DNA of 64,000 nucleotides from Octopus vulgaris (Eukaryota). Under the pieces are notes generated by a model. It was given only the letters and a program-made list of their open reading frames with translations. It searched no databases and was not told the DNA's origin. Positions 37,619 to 52,749 of the stretch are shown piece after piece (positions within the stretch are counted from its first letter, which is position 1; each line of letters opens with the position of its first letter). The DNA lies in contig OX597818.1 in assembly GCA_951406725.2 (NCBI GenBank), positions 32,178,001 through 32,242,000 on the forward strand, read 5' to 3'. Position numbers and translations under genes: made by a program.

Positions 37619-37701
37619 AATGTATGTATGTATGTATGTATGTATGTATGTATGTATGTGTGTGTATGTATATATATATATATATATAAACAACGAGAAA
37701 A

Positions 37702-37738
<37 letters not shown>

Positions 37739-37743
<5 letters not shown>

Positions 37744-37946
37744 AACGAGAAAAATGTGTATATATATAAATATATATATATATATCTGTAAATGTAATAT
37801 GTGACAATTATTCAGTAGCCATGATAAAACTCCGAGTTTTGGATGTCTCGGAGTTTTATCATGGCTACCGAATAATTGTCACATATTACATTTACAGATA
37901 TATATATATACGTGTTTATATATTTACACATTTTTCTCGTTGTTTA
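37739..37946. repeat. Long inverted repeat (~98-bp arms, 10-nt loop)
   Basis: ..gtgacaattattcagtagccatgataaaactccgag [ttttggatgt] ctcggagttttatcatggctaccgaataattgtcac.. Confidence 0.92.
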
Positions 37947-38033
37947 CGGAGTTCACGCATTTCATGTTATTTTGTATTGTTGACGACGTCTCGTATATGC
38001 ATATTTTTCTCTCTCCTTGTTTCTTTCTGTGTA

Positions 38034-38071
38034 TCTTTCTGTTGAAGAGCGTATGCTCGAAACGTAAAAGA
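38034..38071 (+). ncRNA. Minimal type I hammerhead ribozyme-like motif (core variant CUGUUGA)
   Basis: TCTTT-CTGTTGA-a-GAGC-gtat-GCTC-GAAAC-GTA^-AAAGA: helix I and helix II pair perfectly; one core substitution. Confidence 0.55.
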
Positions 38072-38167
38072 CTTGTTTTATTTATATTCCTGAGCGCCAT
38101 ACTAATTCAATTGCTTGTTTGTACTCCACCTGCCTTCGTCTTTTGTCTATTTTCATAAAGCTTCCCG

Positions 38168-38207
<40 letters not shown>

Positions 38208-38633
38208 GATTATCCGCACACACACTGGTAGCGTTTAAGGCGATTTACTCAACCCCTCGTAGTTGAAACGTTTTCGTGTTCTAGTAATAAAAAATTAAAA
38301 AATTATCCCACCACCACCACCACCTCCACCACCAAAAAGTAGACCGCCCCCCCCCCCTCCAAAAAAAACAACAAAGAAAAACACAACCTTGTGTTTATTA
38401 CTCCACAGATCATACCAAAGTTTAAAAAGCCGTAGTAAAGGGGGAAAGAACAGACTGTATACGCTGATATTGATTTACCTAACGACAGTCCTCATTAAAC
38501 ACAGCAAAAGATCAGATGAAAAAAACAAACAAAACAAAAAACATAATCGTTTAAATATTTCTGAAAAAACACAACTCATATTTTAAGTTGTAAGAATAGA
38601 TGTGTAATAACTGCGTAAGAGTGAAGCGTAAAA

Positions 38634-39031
38634 TCTTTATATATAAAAGTAAGGTTGTGTGTCTGTCTCCAACGATTTAGATTCCTAACTACTCCCACAT
38701 TTTGCGGTGCAGTTTAACCAAAACCGGGTATCTTATAGTCGTGATTCATTTCGAGCCCTTCTGGGTATTAGCGCGCGTCTACGATGAGTCTACGATTTAA
38801 AAAAAAATTTACCATCATTTTTTTCCATTTTAATGCATTTTTTCGCTATTATATAAGGGAAGTAACTCTCTAAAAATGTCTACGATGAGTCAACGATTTA
38901 AAAAAAAATTTACCATAATTTTTTTTCCATTTTTAATGCATTTTTTTGCTATATTTTGGCTATAACTCTCTAAAAATGCTTATATAGTTATTTCCCTTAC
39001 AAACCCGAGCAACGCCGGGCGATACTGCTAG
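38634..39031 (+). mobile_element. Non-autonomous Helitron
   Basis: A|TCTTTATATATAAA...CCCGAGCAACGCCGGGCGATACTGCTAG|T, with the same 3' end as 23042-23432. Contains an internal ~100-bp duplication. Confidence 0.88.
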
Positions 39032-39477
39032 TACTTATATAAAACGGGAAGAGCCTTCCGCATTCAGCAACGAGGGTTTTGAGACTTAATTGTTACTTAA
39101 GTATTGTTATGAATGTGACTAGGGGACGCGAATTGGCTATCACCGTCGTCTGCGTTTCAGCAGATTTATGAGCAAAAACAGTTTCCATACTTCGTTCTCA
39201 CTCACCTCTCACTCACACTCGCTCCCTCTCTCACTCTTTAGTTTGTGCGATGTTTTTTCCTTCTTGTTTCTTTTCTTTTCTTTTCTTTTTTTTTACTCCC
39301 TGTCAGAGGGAAGAGTATGATCTAATGAAGATTTAGTTTATCAATGTTATAGCAGGTCGAGCGGCAGTCAATCGCATAGACACGTTAGCGGAACATAATT
39401 ATCAGTAATTTCACACCAGTGAATCCTAAACCCAAGTCTTTGCTGACAAAACAACAACAACAACAACAACAACAACA

Positions 39478-39612
39478 ATCCTTTTTACTAACGGTACAAG
39501 GCCTGAAATCTGTGGGACTAGTGGATTGCATCGACCCCAGTGATTCACAAACTCAACGAAATACAGCTAAGCATTTTGCCCGGCGCGCTAACAATTCTGC
39601 CAGCTCGCCGCC

Positions 39613-39646
<34 letters not shown>

Positions 39647-39663
39647 TGATAATGATAGTGATC

Positions 39664-39697
<34 letters not shown>

Positions 39698-40014
39698 TAA
39701 TAATGATAATGATAGTGATCATAATAATAATAATAATAATGATAATAATGATAATGATAGTGATCATAATAATGATAATAATAATAATGATAATGATCAT
39801 AATAATAATAATAATAATGATAGTCCTTTCTATTATAGGCACAAGGACTGAAATTTGTGGGGAGTGGTCTTAGTCGATTGCGTCGACCCAGTACTTTACT
39901 GGTACTTAATTTATCAACCCCGAAAGGATGAGAGGCAAAGTCGACCTCAGCGGAATTTCGACTCAGAACATAGCAGCAGACGAATCACTGCTAAGCATTT
40001 CACCCAGCGTGTTA
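39478..40014 (-). mobile_element. Two SINE A copies separated by an (AAT/GAT)n tract
   Basis: ~39478-39614 (internally deleted) and ~39822-40014. Confidence 0.75.
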
Positions 40015-40055
40015 ACAACAACAACAACAACAACAACAATAATAATAATAATAAA

Positions 40056-40604
40056 TGCCCTGATGCAGCACCAGACAGTGGCTCTCATGGCTTCTAATCT
40101 TAACTGATTGGAAGTGTTATCATGTATATTGTTTTGTCTCGGTATAAAAGATGGGCTTCAGCAAATATTCTACTCAATACCACAGATTTGCTTGTTAGTT
40201 GTTTGACCTTAACCAGTTGACCATGTCCCTGTGTGGTTGACGATATGTGCATCCCAGATCATGAGCAGAAATAGTGGGGGAGCATCATAACTATGTGTTG
40301 AGAGGGATTCTTTGGGGTTTGAATAATTCACCTCTGGAGACATAGGTGTTTCGTTCAAAGATCCTTAAACAACCCTTATTCGGGGACCTTTTGGGCAGGA
40401 TGGGTTACTCAACCAGAAGAAAATTCTAACTGGGCCCCACCTGCAAGGTCATGCGCTGTTTATCTTGATATGAGATCACCATGTCCGCACATATGGTTGT
40501 GATGCATGTGCCTAGTGTACCCTTATCAGACGGGTAGTGATGATGGGTATACTGCGTTTCGTATATCTTACCCCAGTGTCACTTTGATGGCATGCTCTCT
40601 CACT
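40056..40604 (+). mobile_element. Non-coding element embedded in (TAA)n, probably the 3' UTR of a TAA-targeting (Dong/R4-like) retroelement
   Basis: Flanked on both sides by AAT repeats. Its 3' end (cccagtgtcactttgatggcatg) recurs inverted at 24415-24474, also within TAA/TTA repeats. Confidence 0.5.
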
Positions 40605-40634
40605 TAATAATAATAATAATGATAATAACAATAA

Positions 40635-40820
40635 TAATCCTTTCTACTGGCAGCACAAGGCCTCAAATTTGGGGGAAGGGATTAGGTCGATTACATCGAC
40701 TCCAAGTGCTCAATTGGTACTTAATTTTATCGGTTCCAAGATGATGAAACGCAAAGTCGGCTACGGCGGAATTTGAACTCAACATAAAGACCCAGAACAA
40801 ATACCGCTAGGCATTTCCCG
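40635..40820 (-). mobile_element. SINE family A, diverged
   Basis: gtcgattacatcgac..ggcggaatttgaactc. Confidence 0.75.
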
Positions 40821-41004
40821 GAGCTCATATATAAATAGTAAGTTGAAAATTATGGCAGGTCATAGTGTGACTTTTGGTTTCGCGACCGTGAATCGCTTTG
40901 AAGTATGGGCGACTCGTCATTAGACTGTAAGCAAGCTGGGGACCCGCTTTGACAGGTTTAGTCCCCAAAAAAGCAAACCCCAATAAGCCTGGTGCTTAAT
41001 CTAG

Positions 41005-41097
41005 CGTTCTTTCTTTCTGTCTTTTTCTTTCTTTCTCTTTCTTTCTTTCTTTCTCTCTTTCGTTCTTTCTTTCTTTCTTTCTCTTTTTCTCTTTTTT

Positions 41098-41140
<43 letters not shown>

Positions 41141-41241
41141 CTTTCTTTCTTTCTTTCTTTCTTTTTCTTTCTTTCTTTCTCTTTGTCTTTCTTTCTTTCT
41201 CTTTGTCTTTCTTTCTTTCTTTCTCTCTCTTTGTTTCTTTG

Positions 41242-41274
<33 letters not shown>

Positions 41275-41446
41275 CTGTTTCCTTCTTTCTTTCTCTCTTT
41301 CTTTCGTTCTTTCTTCCTTTCTTTCTTTCTCTCCTCTTTCTTTCTCTTTTTTTCTCTTTCCCCCTTTCTTTCTTTCTCTTTGTCTTTCTTTCTTTCTTTC
41401 TTTCTCTCTCTCCCTCTCTCTCTCTTTCTCTCTTTGTTTCTTTCTC

Positions 41447-41504
<58 letters not shown>

Positions 41505-41590
41505 TTTCTCTCTTTCTTTCTTTCTTTCTTTCCTTCTATCTTTCTTTTTTCCTTTCTTTTCTTTCTTTTTTTTCGTTCTTTCTCTGTTTC
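41005..41590 (+). repeat. (CTTT)n polypyrimidine tract
   Basis: ~590 bp of degenerate CTTT repeats. Confidence 0.95.
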
Positions 41591-41943
41591 TTGTTTTTAC
41601 CGAATTACAAAGTTGCCGTGGTCGTGCGGGAAAACGCACACAGAAGACGAGCTTCTTTCAATTTTCTTCTGCCAAATCAAATCACAAGGTTTTGGTTAGT
41701 CTGGGACTCGAATAAGACAGACTTATCTAACTTGTCACGCAATGTGTTTGAACCCGGAACCTTGTGCTTGGGAAGCAAACTTCTTACCACACAACCATGC
41801 CTGCGTTATATGTATGTATGTATGTATGTATATATATGTATAGATGTATAAATGTTATGTATATATATGTATATCTGTGTATGTATGCATGTATATATAT
41901 ATATACATACATACATGTATACATATATGTATATATCTACATA

Positions 41944-42041
<98 letters not shown>

Positions 42042-42591
42042 CGCCTTCTCAAATAGGGAAGGACAGCACCCACGACCCTTTTCAGGACCCCCAAAATGGA
42101 GGTGGAAGGCAGGAAGTCGGGGGTAGGATTTTATCCCGAGACCGGAAATCTGGCCTGAATGCCTGTGAACTCTACGAAAGTCTCATAAGGGCCAGGTGTT
42201 AGGGCAAAACTGAGCGACGGATTAAGTCTAGGCACAGCGATATGTGTGTATGTATGTATGTATGTATGTATGTATATAGGTATCTATGTATAAAGTTGTG
42301 GGTATGATATATGCGCACACACATGAGGTCCTATACAAGGGCCCCCCTAGCATTTTCCTAACTTGTGACTCTTTTCTTGTCTCTCTCTGTCTCGCTCCCT
42401 TCTCTCTCTCTCTCTCTATCATTCTTTCTCTTTCTCTCTAATTCCTTAAACTTTTTAACGTTTCCGTATGACGCAGAGCCGCTAGCTGTATAAAATTATA
42501 CTCATAAATGAGTATATTGTAAACGCAGGAGTTTTGAGTGTTACGATATACCAACATCTAGACACTCAGATAAACTGCTTACATTCTGCAT

Positions 42592-42661
<70 letters not shown>

Positions 42662-43237
42662 GTGTGTGAGAGAGATAGAGAAAAAATACTTGCGTGGAAC
42701 GCACGCAAACATACAATATTACGTACGCATTCTCCATAACTCGTGCAGATAGTCGCCAACACACAGACACAATTGAGCGAGAGGCATGTACAACGAAGAA
42801 ATTAAAGCCGATACGCACGCACACATACACACAAACACACACACATAATGAAGCAAGGCATAACATCTAAAAACGCACATACTTTGAGCGGTAAACTCAT
42901 ACATAGAAACACTTGCAAGCATGTATACAAAACATACATATATATATACAAAACCATCGAACGACAGAATAACAGTTACGCTCTTACGCCGCTCAGAGGT
43001 GTCAAGGGATAGAAGCGATATACACATAGCACAGGGGGGAAAGGCAACATAAACACACTGAAGCATTAAGAAGATTCGGTGATAGACAGGCGTACGTACG
43101 CACATGCTTGCGGATTCAGATAGACGCATCTAGCGGTCTACCCCGTTCGAACACATGCCAAACACTTTGCGGACGTGAACACCAATAGCCACACACACAC
43201 TGAGGTAGAAAAAGGACACGCAGGTGTATACACCTAT

Positions 43238-43393
43238 AAGTCCTGAGTTCAAATTCCGCCGAGGTCGACTTTGCCTTTCATCCTTTCGGTGTCGATTAAA
43301 TAAGTACCAGTTACGCACTAGGGTCGACATAATCGACTTAATCCATTTGTCTGTCCCCTCTGTGTTTACCCCCTTGTGGGTAGTAAAGAAATA
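43238..43393 (+). mobile_element. SINE family A, 5'-truncated
   Basis: TSD GTATACACCTAT at 43226-43237 and 43395-43406. Confidence 0.88.
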
Positions 43394-43448
43394 GGTATAC
43401 ACCTATGTACAGAAATATAAACGAAGGCTGATCCCTTGCATCGATAAT

Positions 43449-43508
<60 letters not shown>

Positions 43509-44204
43509 ACACACACACTCATACATATATATATATATAAATATACGCAGGTGCGCACAAGCTCACAAACGTAAACACATACACATATACACACGCACAC
43601 GTGCACGCGTGCACTCGCTCGTACTCTCATACACGCACACACACACGCTCTCGCACTCTCACACTCACACATTCATACTCGCATTCTCACACACTCACTT
43701 GCACAGGCACACACACACACACGCGCACACATGCACGAACGCACGCGCACACACAAACACACACACACACTCACTTGCACAGGTACACAAACACACTCTA
43801 TTTCGCTTACACACACTCACATTAATATTCATGCACACGTACAATCTCTCTCTCTCTCTCTCACTCACACAGGCACACACGCACTGGCACATAGGCACAC
43901 ACACAAACACACTCACACAGGCACACACACACACACAGAGGCACACGCAAACAAACACACACTCACTCGTACAGACACACATACAGCCCCCCCCCCCCAC
44001 ATACACACACTCGTACAGGCACACGCACTCATTCACACACGCATATACACATACATAGACTCACACACACACATAACAACAAGCACTAAAACATGCGCTC
44101 GCGCACACACACACCGATACACTTTACAAGCGCAATCATGCACTGAGATGATATTACTGCACAAAAACACAGACATTAAGAGAGGTCGATACATCATTCA
44201 CACA

Positions 44205-44430
44205 CACACACACAGATATACACACGCGCGCACACATACACAATAACGGACACACATACACATATACCTTGACATCATAGGCTGCTACACCACGAGTCTC
44301 ATACACAAACACACACACACACACAGATATACACACGCGCACACATACACAATAACGGACACACATACACATATACCTTGACATCATAGGCTGCTACACC
44401 ACGAGTTACATACTCACAAACACACACACA
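44205..44430 (+). repeat. ~110-bp tandem duplication within a CA-rich tract
   Basis: caataacggacacacatacacatataccttgacatcataggctgctacaccacgagt occurs twice. Confidence 0.85.
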
Positions 44431-44961
44431 CACACACATACTTATATACAACCTCACACAGACACGTACGCTCATCCGTGTGTTCACGTCAAAAGGTAAA
44501 ATGAAAAGGAAAAAGGAGGAAAGGAAAGAAAAAAGAAGTTCAGTGTAAAAGCGTATTAAAGCAAAGAAGAGTTTTGAAGCTTTTTTTTCTTTTTTTATTC
44601 ACAAACATTGATTTGCATACACTCCTAAACACGCATCTTCGCCCGAACTCAAACTCTTCTCAAGCCTTGTCAGCTATTCAGTTTAAACATCGCTTGTTAC
44701 ACGGCACCGGGTGTGTTCGGAGACGGAACAGCTAAGCATACTACAACAACAACAATAACTATCGCCTAGCTAGAACTTTGAAAAAAAAAGTAACCAGTAC
44801 AACAACAATAAAAACAACAACAACAACAACAACAAAAGCAGCAGCAATTATAGCATGCAAAACAATAACAAAGTTTTTTTTTGTTATATTTCCTGAGAGA
44901 GCTTCACTCACCCATGTTGTAAAAATTTAGTCGCTACTACAACAGTTACGTACACTCATAC

Positions 44962-44998
<37 letters not shown>

Positions 44999-45016
44999 AT
45001 TCCGTTCAGTCATTCA

Positions 45017-45081
<65 letters not shown>

Positions 45082-45320
45082 GTCTATCTATTTATCTGTC
45101 TGTCTATCTCTCTCTCTATTCATTTATCTGTCTGTCTCTCTCTCTGTCTCTCTCTCTATCTATCGTGTTAATTACACAAATATATACTATGTGAGTACTT
45201 ACATATATATACTCATACACACGCTTAAATACGAACTCATTATCATATAGGTTACGGCGATAATAATTGTATACACACACACACACACTTGTAAATTAAG
45301 ATATTAATTACACTAATTTA

Positions 45321-45352
<32 letters not shown>

Positions 45353-46154
45353 TATATAAATATATATGTATGTATCAGTGTATACACACACCGTTAATAG
45401 TAAGATAAGTAAACATACATACATTCTTATAGACACTAACGCACGTCCGCACACACATACTGGTGTGAACTTGCACGCTCGCACACACACACACACAAAC
45501 TTGCATTATAACAGTATACAGGAGAAAAGCTATATACATCTTACCCACATATAACCATCTGTAGTGACACACGCACACACAGTCACACACACTATACAAA
45601 TATATACATATATATATATAAACTGATGAATACAGGCTCACACATGCGTACACACAGACACACACACACATGCAAATAGAGCCGGCACGCGCACGCGCGG
45701 AGACACTGACAGACACACGAGCACGCTGACACATACACACGGACACACACACACGCGCGAACAGGCGAACACACGAACACACACATACATACATATAACA
45801 ACTTTCAAACAGTCGTCCGTCATTTAGGGGGAAAGTTTTCTCTGAAACAGACGATCGACATTTTTTCTTCTCATTTCCCCCGTTTATTTACTAAGAAGAA
45901 GAAAAAAAATTGGTTGAAATTGTTTTGTTTTATTACTTCACTTCTTTCTCGGAGATTTTTGTTTATTTATATTGTATATAATATATATTTTCTTTCAAAA
46001 TTTTCATTGCATTTTGGGTTTAAATTTACATATATATATATATTATAAATATCGTCGGCACGTCTTTTTTTTTCTCACGCTGGACACATTCATAACATCA
46101 CTTTTCTTCTAAAGTCTAAATGTTCTCGGATTGTACAACATTGCTGCACTTAGC

Positions 46155-46200
46155 ATGGATTCTAACTCGATAATTTGTTGTGGATGTCTTCTCTTAATAG
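46155..46200 (+). CDS. Candidate first coding exon (start of a signal-peptide-like sequence, phase-1 intron)
   Basis: agcATGG start, MDSNSIICCGCLLLI + 1 nt, then a consensus donor AG|GTAAGT. It lies in non-repeat sequence behind a T-rich UTR-like leader. No downstream exon was identified. Confidence 0.45.
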
Positions 46201-46364
46201 GTAAGTTGCATAATTTTTCCTTTTAATTTGTGTTGTGAAATCGTGTCATTAGTATGTGTCATTTATTATTATTTTGGAATTAATCATATACAACCAGGTG
46301 CAACATACATACATACATACATACACACACACATACATACATACACACACATACATACACACAC

Positions 46365-46415
<51 letters not shown>

Positions 46416-47010
46416 TTCATTCATTCATAAATACGATATACATGTATATATTACATAATACAAGGTGGTATTAAAGCGTCCGTTACAACACTTCGCCGTC
46501 GGTTCAAATACTACCGGGGTCCAAATTCGCCTTCCATTCTTTCTGGGTCGGCAAATATAATAATAATAATAATAATAATAAAGTACCAGCTTTCTGCTAC
46601 TGCAGTTATACTGGATGATCCACTGGATAAAGCAGGGTATTGAATCGAGGTGGGTGTCTGTGTCTGCTCGTTAAAGAACATATATATAAAAAAAAAATAT
46701 TCGTCCGATGTTCGGATAGATAAAAACTCGGAGTAACGTTTGAGGAAGTTTTCAAGTCTTCCCCCATATTAAGTTGGATATTTGCATTCTACTTCTTTAT
46801 AGCACTTACTTTTCCCCTCACTGAGATGTGTGTATGTATGTATAAACGGATGTATGTGTGCATATATATATAATGTGCGTGCGTGTGTGTGTGTGTGTAG
46901 GTGACGTATATATGCAATGTGCGTGCGTGTATGTATGTATGTATATATAGGCGGATGCATATATGCATGTGTATGTATATATAGGTAGATGTATGTAGGC
47001 ACATCTATAC

Positions 47011-47049
<39 letters not shown>

Positions 47050-47151
47050 CATATATATGTGTGTGTGTGAGAGAGTATATATATATATATACACATATAT
47101 ATATATATATATATATACACACATTCATATATATTTATACACATATATATG

Positions 47152-47186
<35 letters not shown>

Positions 47187-47189
47187 ATG

Positions 47190-47270
<81 letters not shown>

Positions 47271-47322
47271 TCGTAGATTACGTGAATATGCGAATGTGTT
47301 GAATGTTGTTACGGATAATATA

Positions 47323-47387
<65 letters not shown>

Positions 47388-47833
47388 TTATCTCTCTCTC
47401 TCTCTCTATCATATATACATATATACACACAGTATGAGACGTTACTTGCATACATGCTGTGTATACACGTTGTATCTTTCAAGTACAGCTTGCTTTTTTT
47501 TAATATTTGCATATTTATAGCTATGTGGTGCTAATAATAATAATAATAATTGCATAATAAACGTACATGCAGCTGGAAGAGCGTGCTCCAGTATGGACTT
47601 GGCAGCACTGGCTGAACCAAACAAACAAAGGAGAACATATATACACACGCATAAATGTGTGTGTGTATACATGTAATAATGCAAGATGTTATATAGGATA
47701 TGACAAATATCAAATGTTTATCACATCTTTCGCTGTATCAGTATGTGTATGTTATGTTGTATATGCTTGTATGTACGAAGATCGAACTGTGTCGGTGTTG
47801 TGTTCATTCATATTATCTCCGACTATCCATCCT

Positions 47834-47901
<68 letters not shown>

Positions 47902-48128
47902 CATACATGTTTACATGTCGGCTCATCTTGTCCGTCTGTTTATCCGTCTGTCCTTCTTCCTTCCATCCGTCTGTCCATTTGTCTACATAATTGCTCGATT
48001 CCTCCGACCGTCTGTCTTTCCCGTCCATCTCTCTCTATCCGTCTGACCGTCAGATTGTCTGTCTGTTTCTCTCTCTCTCTCTCTTTCTCTTCCTATATAT
48101 ATACATATACATACACATATATATATAA

Positions 48129-48215
<87 letters not shown>

Positions 48216-48250
48216 AATCTAGCTATCTATCTATCTATCTATCAATCTAG

Positions 48251-48346
<96 letters not shown>

Positions 48347-48457
48347 ATAATATTATATATCTATCTATCTATCTATCTATCTATATATATCTATCTATAT
48401 ATCTATCTATATAATATTATCTATCTATCTATATATATATATATAATATTATCTATC

Positions 48458-48505
<48 letters not shown>

Positions 48506-49329
48506 ATCTATCTATCATCTATCTATCTATCTATCTATACATATATATATATATATATATAGGTAAACAGTAAAAATAATTACAGACATGGACAAGAACA
48601 TGAAACGCCACAGAGACGACACAAGAACCACAGGACGGGACACCCGAAGCCCCCAGTCATCAGCCAAGAACCAGATCATCTTAGCAATTTCGGCTGATTA
48701 ATCTTGAGATTGCTCCGATATGGGCAGCCCGCCACGGGAAATCTAAGCCAAGCGCATCAGATCCCCTGGAAGAAAGCCCCGAATGTATACAACACGAGGA
48801 CGATATATATATATATATATATATTAGAGATAAAACCACTATTAGGCAAATGTACATACATACACACACACACACTCACACACACACACAAACACATTTC
48901 TCTGTCTAAGTTATCTATCTGGCTGTCTGTATCTATGCATCTGTCTGTTCCACTCATCCATCCATGCATTTATCTGCTTGGATTTCTATATATATCAATC
49001 TATATCTATATTTTATTCAGAGGCAAAATGTCGACACGAAGACACACAAAATAATGAACTGCAAGTTTAGGGGTTCAAATCTCTCAGGATTCCTTTCCTA
49101 ATATATCTCTAGCGAGAACAACTTAACAATTTCTATGCAAGTCTATTTGCGGAAATTCCCTATGTTTCCAATATACTGAGAATGCCACCTGCATTTGGTT
49201 CCCAACTTATCCAAGACGAGGGATTTTCACTAAAACGTTTAACGTCAAAGCACCGGAGATATCTCTTATGCTTTACTTCTGCTGGGATTCTAGACTATGC
49301 GAAGTCTCCCCAACTATTGCTGGGGTTCC

Positions 49330-50060
<731 letters not shown>

Positions 50061-50253
50061 TGCTGCTACGTTCGCGCCTTCTTCAATTTACTTGACAACT
50101 TTCAGGGATTCCAAAGTCATATCATATCTCTCTCCCCCTTTCTCTCCCTCTCTCCCTCTCTATTTCAGTCGTTACTTTTCGGTGTCTCTTAAGAGTCAGT
50201 GCAGACACAGACCACTCCATCCATGCTGCGAACTGTCGCCAGATCCATCCATA

Positions 50254-50353
<100 letters not shown>

Positions 50354-50874
50354 AGTCTGTCTATCTATCTGTCTATCAGTCTGTCTATCTATCTAGTCTA
50401 TCTATCTATCTGTCTATCAGTCTGTTTATCTATCTGTCTATCAGTCTGTCTATCTATCTGTCTATCTATCTGTCTGTCTATCTATCTATCTGTCTATCAG
50501 TCTGTCTGTCTATCAGTCTGTCTGTCTGTCTATCTAGCCATCTAGCCATCCATCCATCAATCTAGCCATCCATCCATCCATCCATCCACCCATTTATCAA
50601 TCTATCTATCTGTCTATCTGTCTGCCTGCCTGTCTGTCTGTCTGTCTGTCTATCTAGCCATCTAGCCGTCCATCCATCCATCTATCTCGTTATCTCTATC
50701 TTGCTGTATAATTAAAAAGTAAAATAAAGTGATCTAAGGGAAATTACTCAAGTAGGTCAATGACACGAAGTTTGAGACTCAATTTTTATTCTTAATTTTC
50801 TGAAAACATTTCGTCAACATATCTAACAGTTGGTTCCATAGTTAGAATTACATGAAGCCAGTTTTTGCTGTTGT

Positions 50875-50950
<76 letters not shown>

Positions 50951-51113
50951 GTCATCGCAAAGAATAATAATGCTGATAACGGTTCATGGGTCCAGCGATA
51001 CTACAATCACCATAAAAAAATAGTGCTGAGCGGTGTTTGTTAGAGGTTTGGAGCATACATGTGTCAGCGTTTGGCTGTCTGTTTGTCTATCCATAAATGC
51101 AAATGCATATATA

Positions 51114-51515
51114 TGGCTGTGTGGTAAGTAGTTTGTTAACCAACCACATGGTTCCAGGTTCAGTCCCACTGCGTGGCACATTGGGCAAGTGTTTACTACT
51201 ATAAGTCTCGGGTCGACCAAAGCCTTGTGAGTGGATTTCATAGACGGAAACTGAAAGAAGCTCGTCGTATGTATGTGTTTATGTGTAAATATGTATGTAT
51301 GTGTATATGTTTGCGTGTGTGTGTTTGTTTCCCCAAAATCGCTTGACGACCGAAGCTGGCGTGTTTACATCCCCGTTACCTAGCAGTTCGGCAAAACAAA
51401 CCGATAAAATAAGTACTTGGTTGCCAAAGAAATAAATCCTGGAGTCGATTTGTTCGACTAAAGGCGATGCTCCAGCATGACCACAGTCGCATGACTGAAA
51501 CAATTAAAAGAATAA
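51114..51515 (+). mobile_element. SINE family B, full length
   Basis: tggctgtgtggtaag...ctccagcatgaccacagtcgcatgactgaaacaattaaaag. Confidence 0.9.
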
Positions 51516-51778
51516 ATGAAAAACATAGATTATATAGGTGAGGGTAAATCTGTGTGTATATGAATGCGTAAATGCTTGTCTAGACACAAACGCGCTGATG
51601 TATAAATGCATACCTTTCTACACACACTCACATAAATATACAGATATACACAGCGTGTATATAATAATTTGCATGTGTTTATATGCACTTATACATAAAA
51701 TGTATTAGCATTTATATGTGTGTGTAAATGTATATATATTGACAGAAATATGTATAAACTATTTATACACACAAGTTC

Positions 51779-51826
<48 letters not shown>

Positions 51827-51937
51827 CACAATAGCAACAATACATAAACAAATGGAAAAGCATTCAAAATATTGTGTGTATATATATATATATATAGCAT
51901 ATATGCATGTATAATATATATATGTATAATATATATG

Positions 51938-51999
<62 letters not shown>

Positions 52000-52173
52000 A
52001 TATATATATGTGATATATGTATGTATGTATATATGTGATATATGTATGTATGTATATATGTAATATATATATGTATGTATATATGTAATATATATATGTA
52101 TGTATATATGTAATATATATATGTATGTATATATGTAATACATATATGTATGTATATATGTAATATATATATG

Positions 52174-52220
<47 letters not shown>

Positions 52221-52527
52221 TCAGGGGTAGATGAAATACAAAGTGTATTACTTAAAGTTTCGCACACACGCAACACGTCTCTGTTACGCACACACGCAAA
52301 AAGGTCTATCATCTTTCGGATGAACAGATGCCGTTGAAAGGCGTCTGAAAACATGGTTGTCTTGCGTGTGTGAATCTTTCAAGTTACATGCCAGCGGATC
52401 ACCAATTCAGTGTGTGTGTGTGTGCATATGCGTGTGTGTATGCATAGAGACTTCCATACATATATAGAACTTATCAAATTTGGCCCCCTCCCCCAAAATT
52501 TCGAACCTTGTGCCTACAAGAAAAACG

Positions 52528-52561
<34 letters not shown>

Positions 52562-52587
52562 CATATACATATATATATATATATATG

Positions 52588-52637
<50 letters not shown>

Positions 52638-52659
52638 TATATATATATATATATATATG

Positions 52660-52694
<35 letters not shown>

Positions 52695-52700
52695 GCACAT

Positions 52701-52749
<49 letters not shown>

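Noticed and set aside
40992-41851. Long F/L/S-rich and K/E/R-rich ORFs
   Set aside because: Translations of the (CTTT)n tract.
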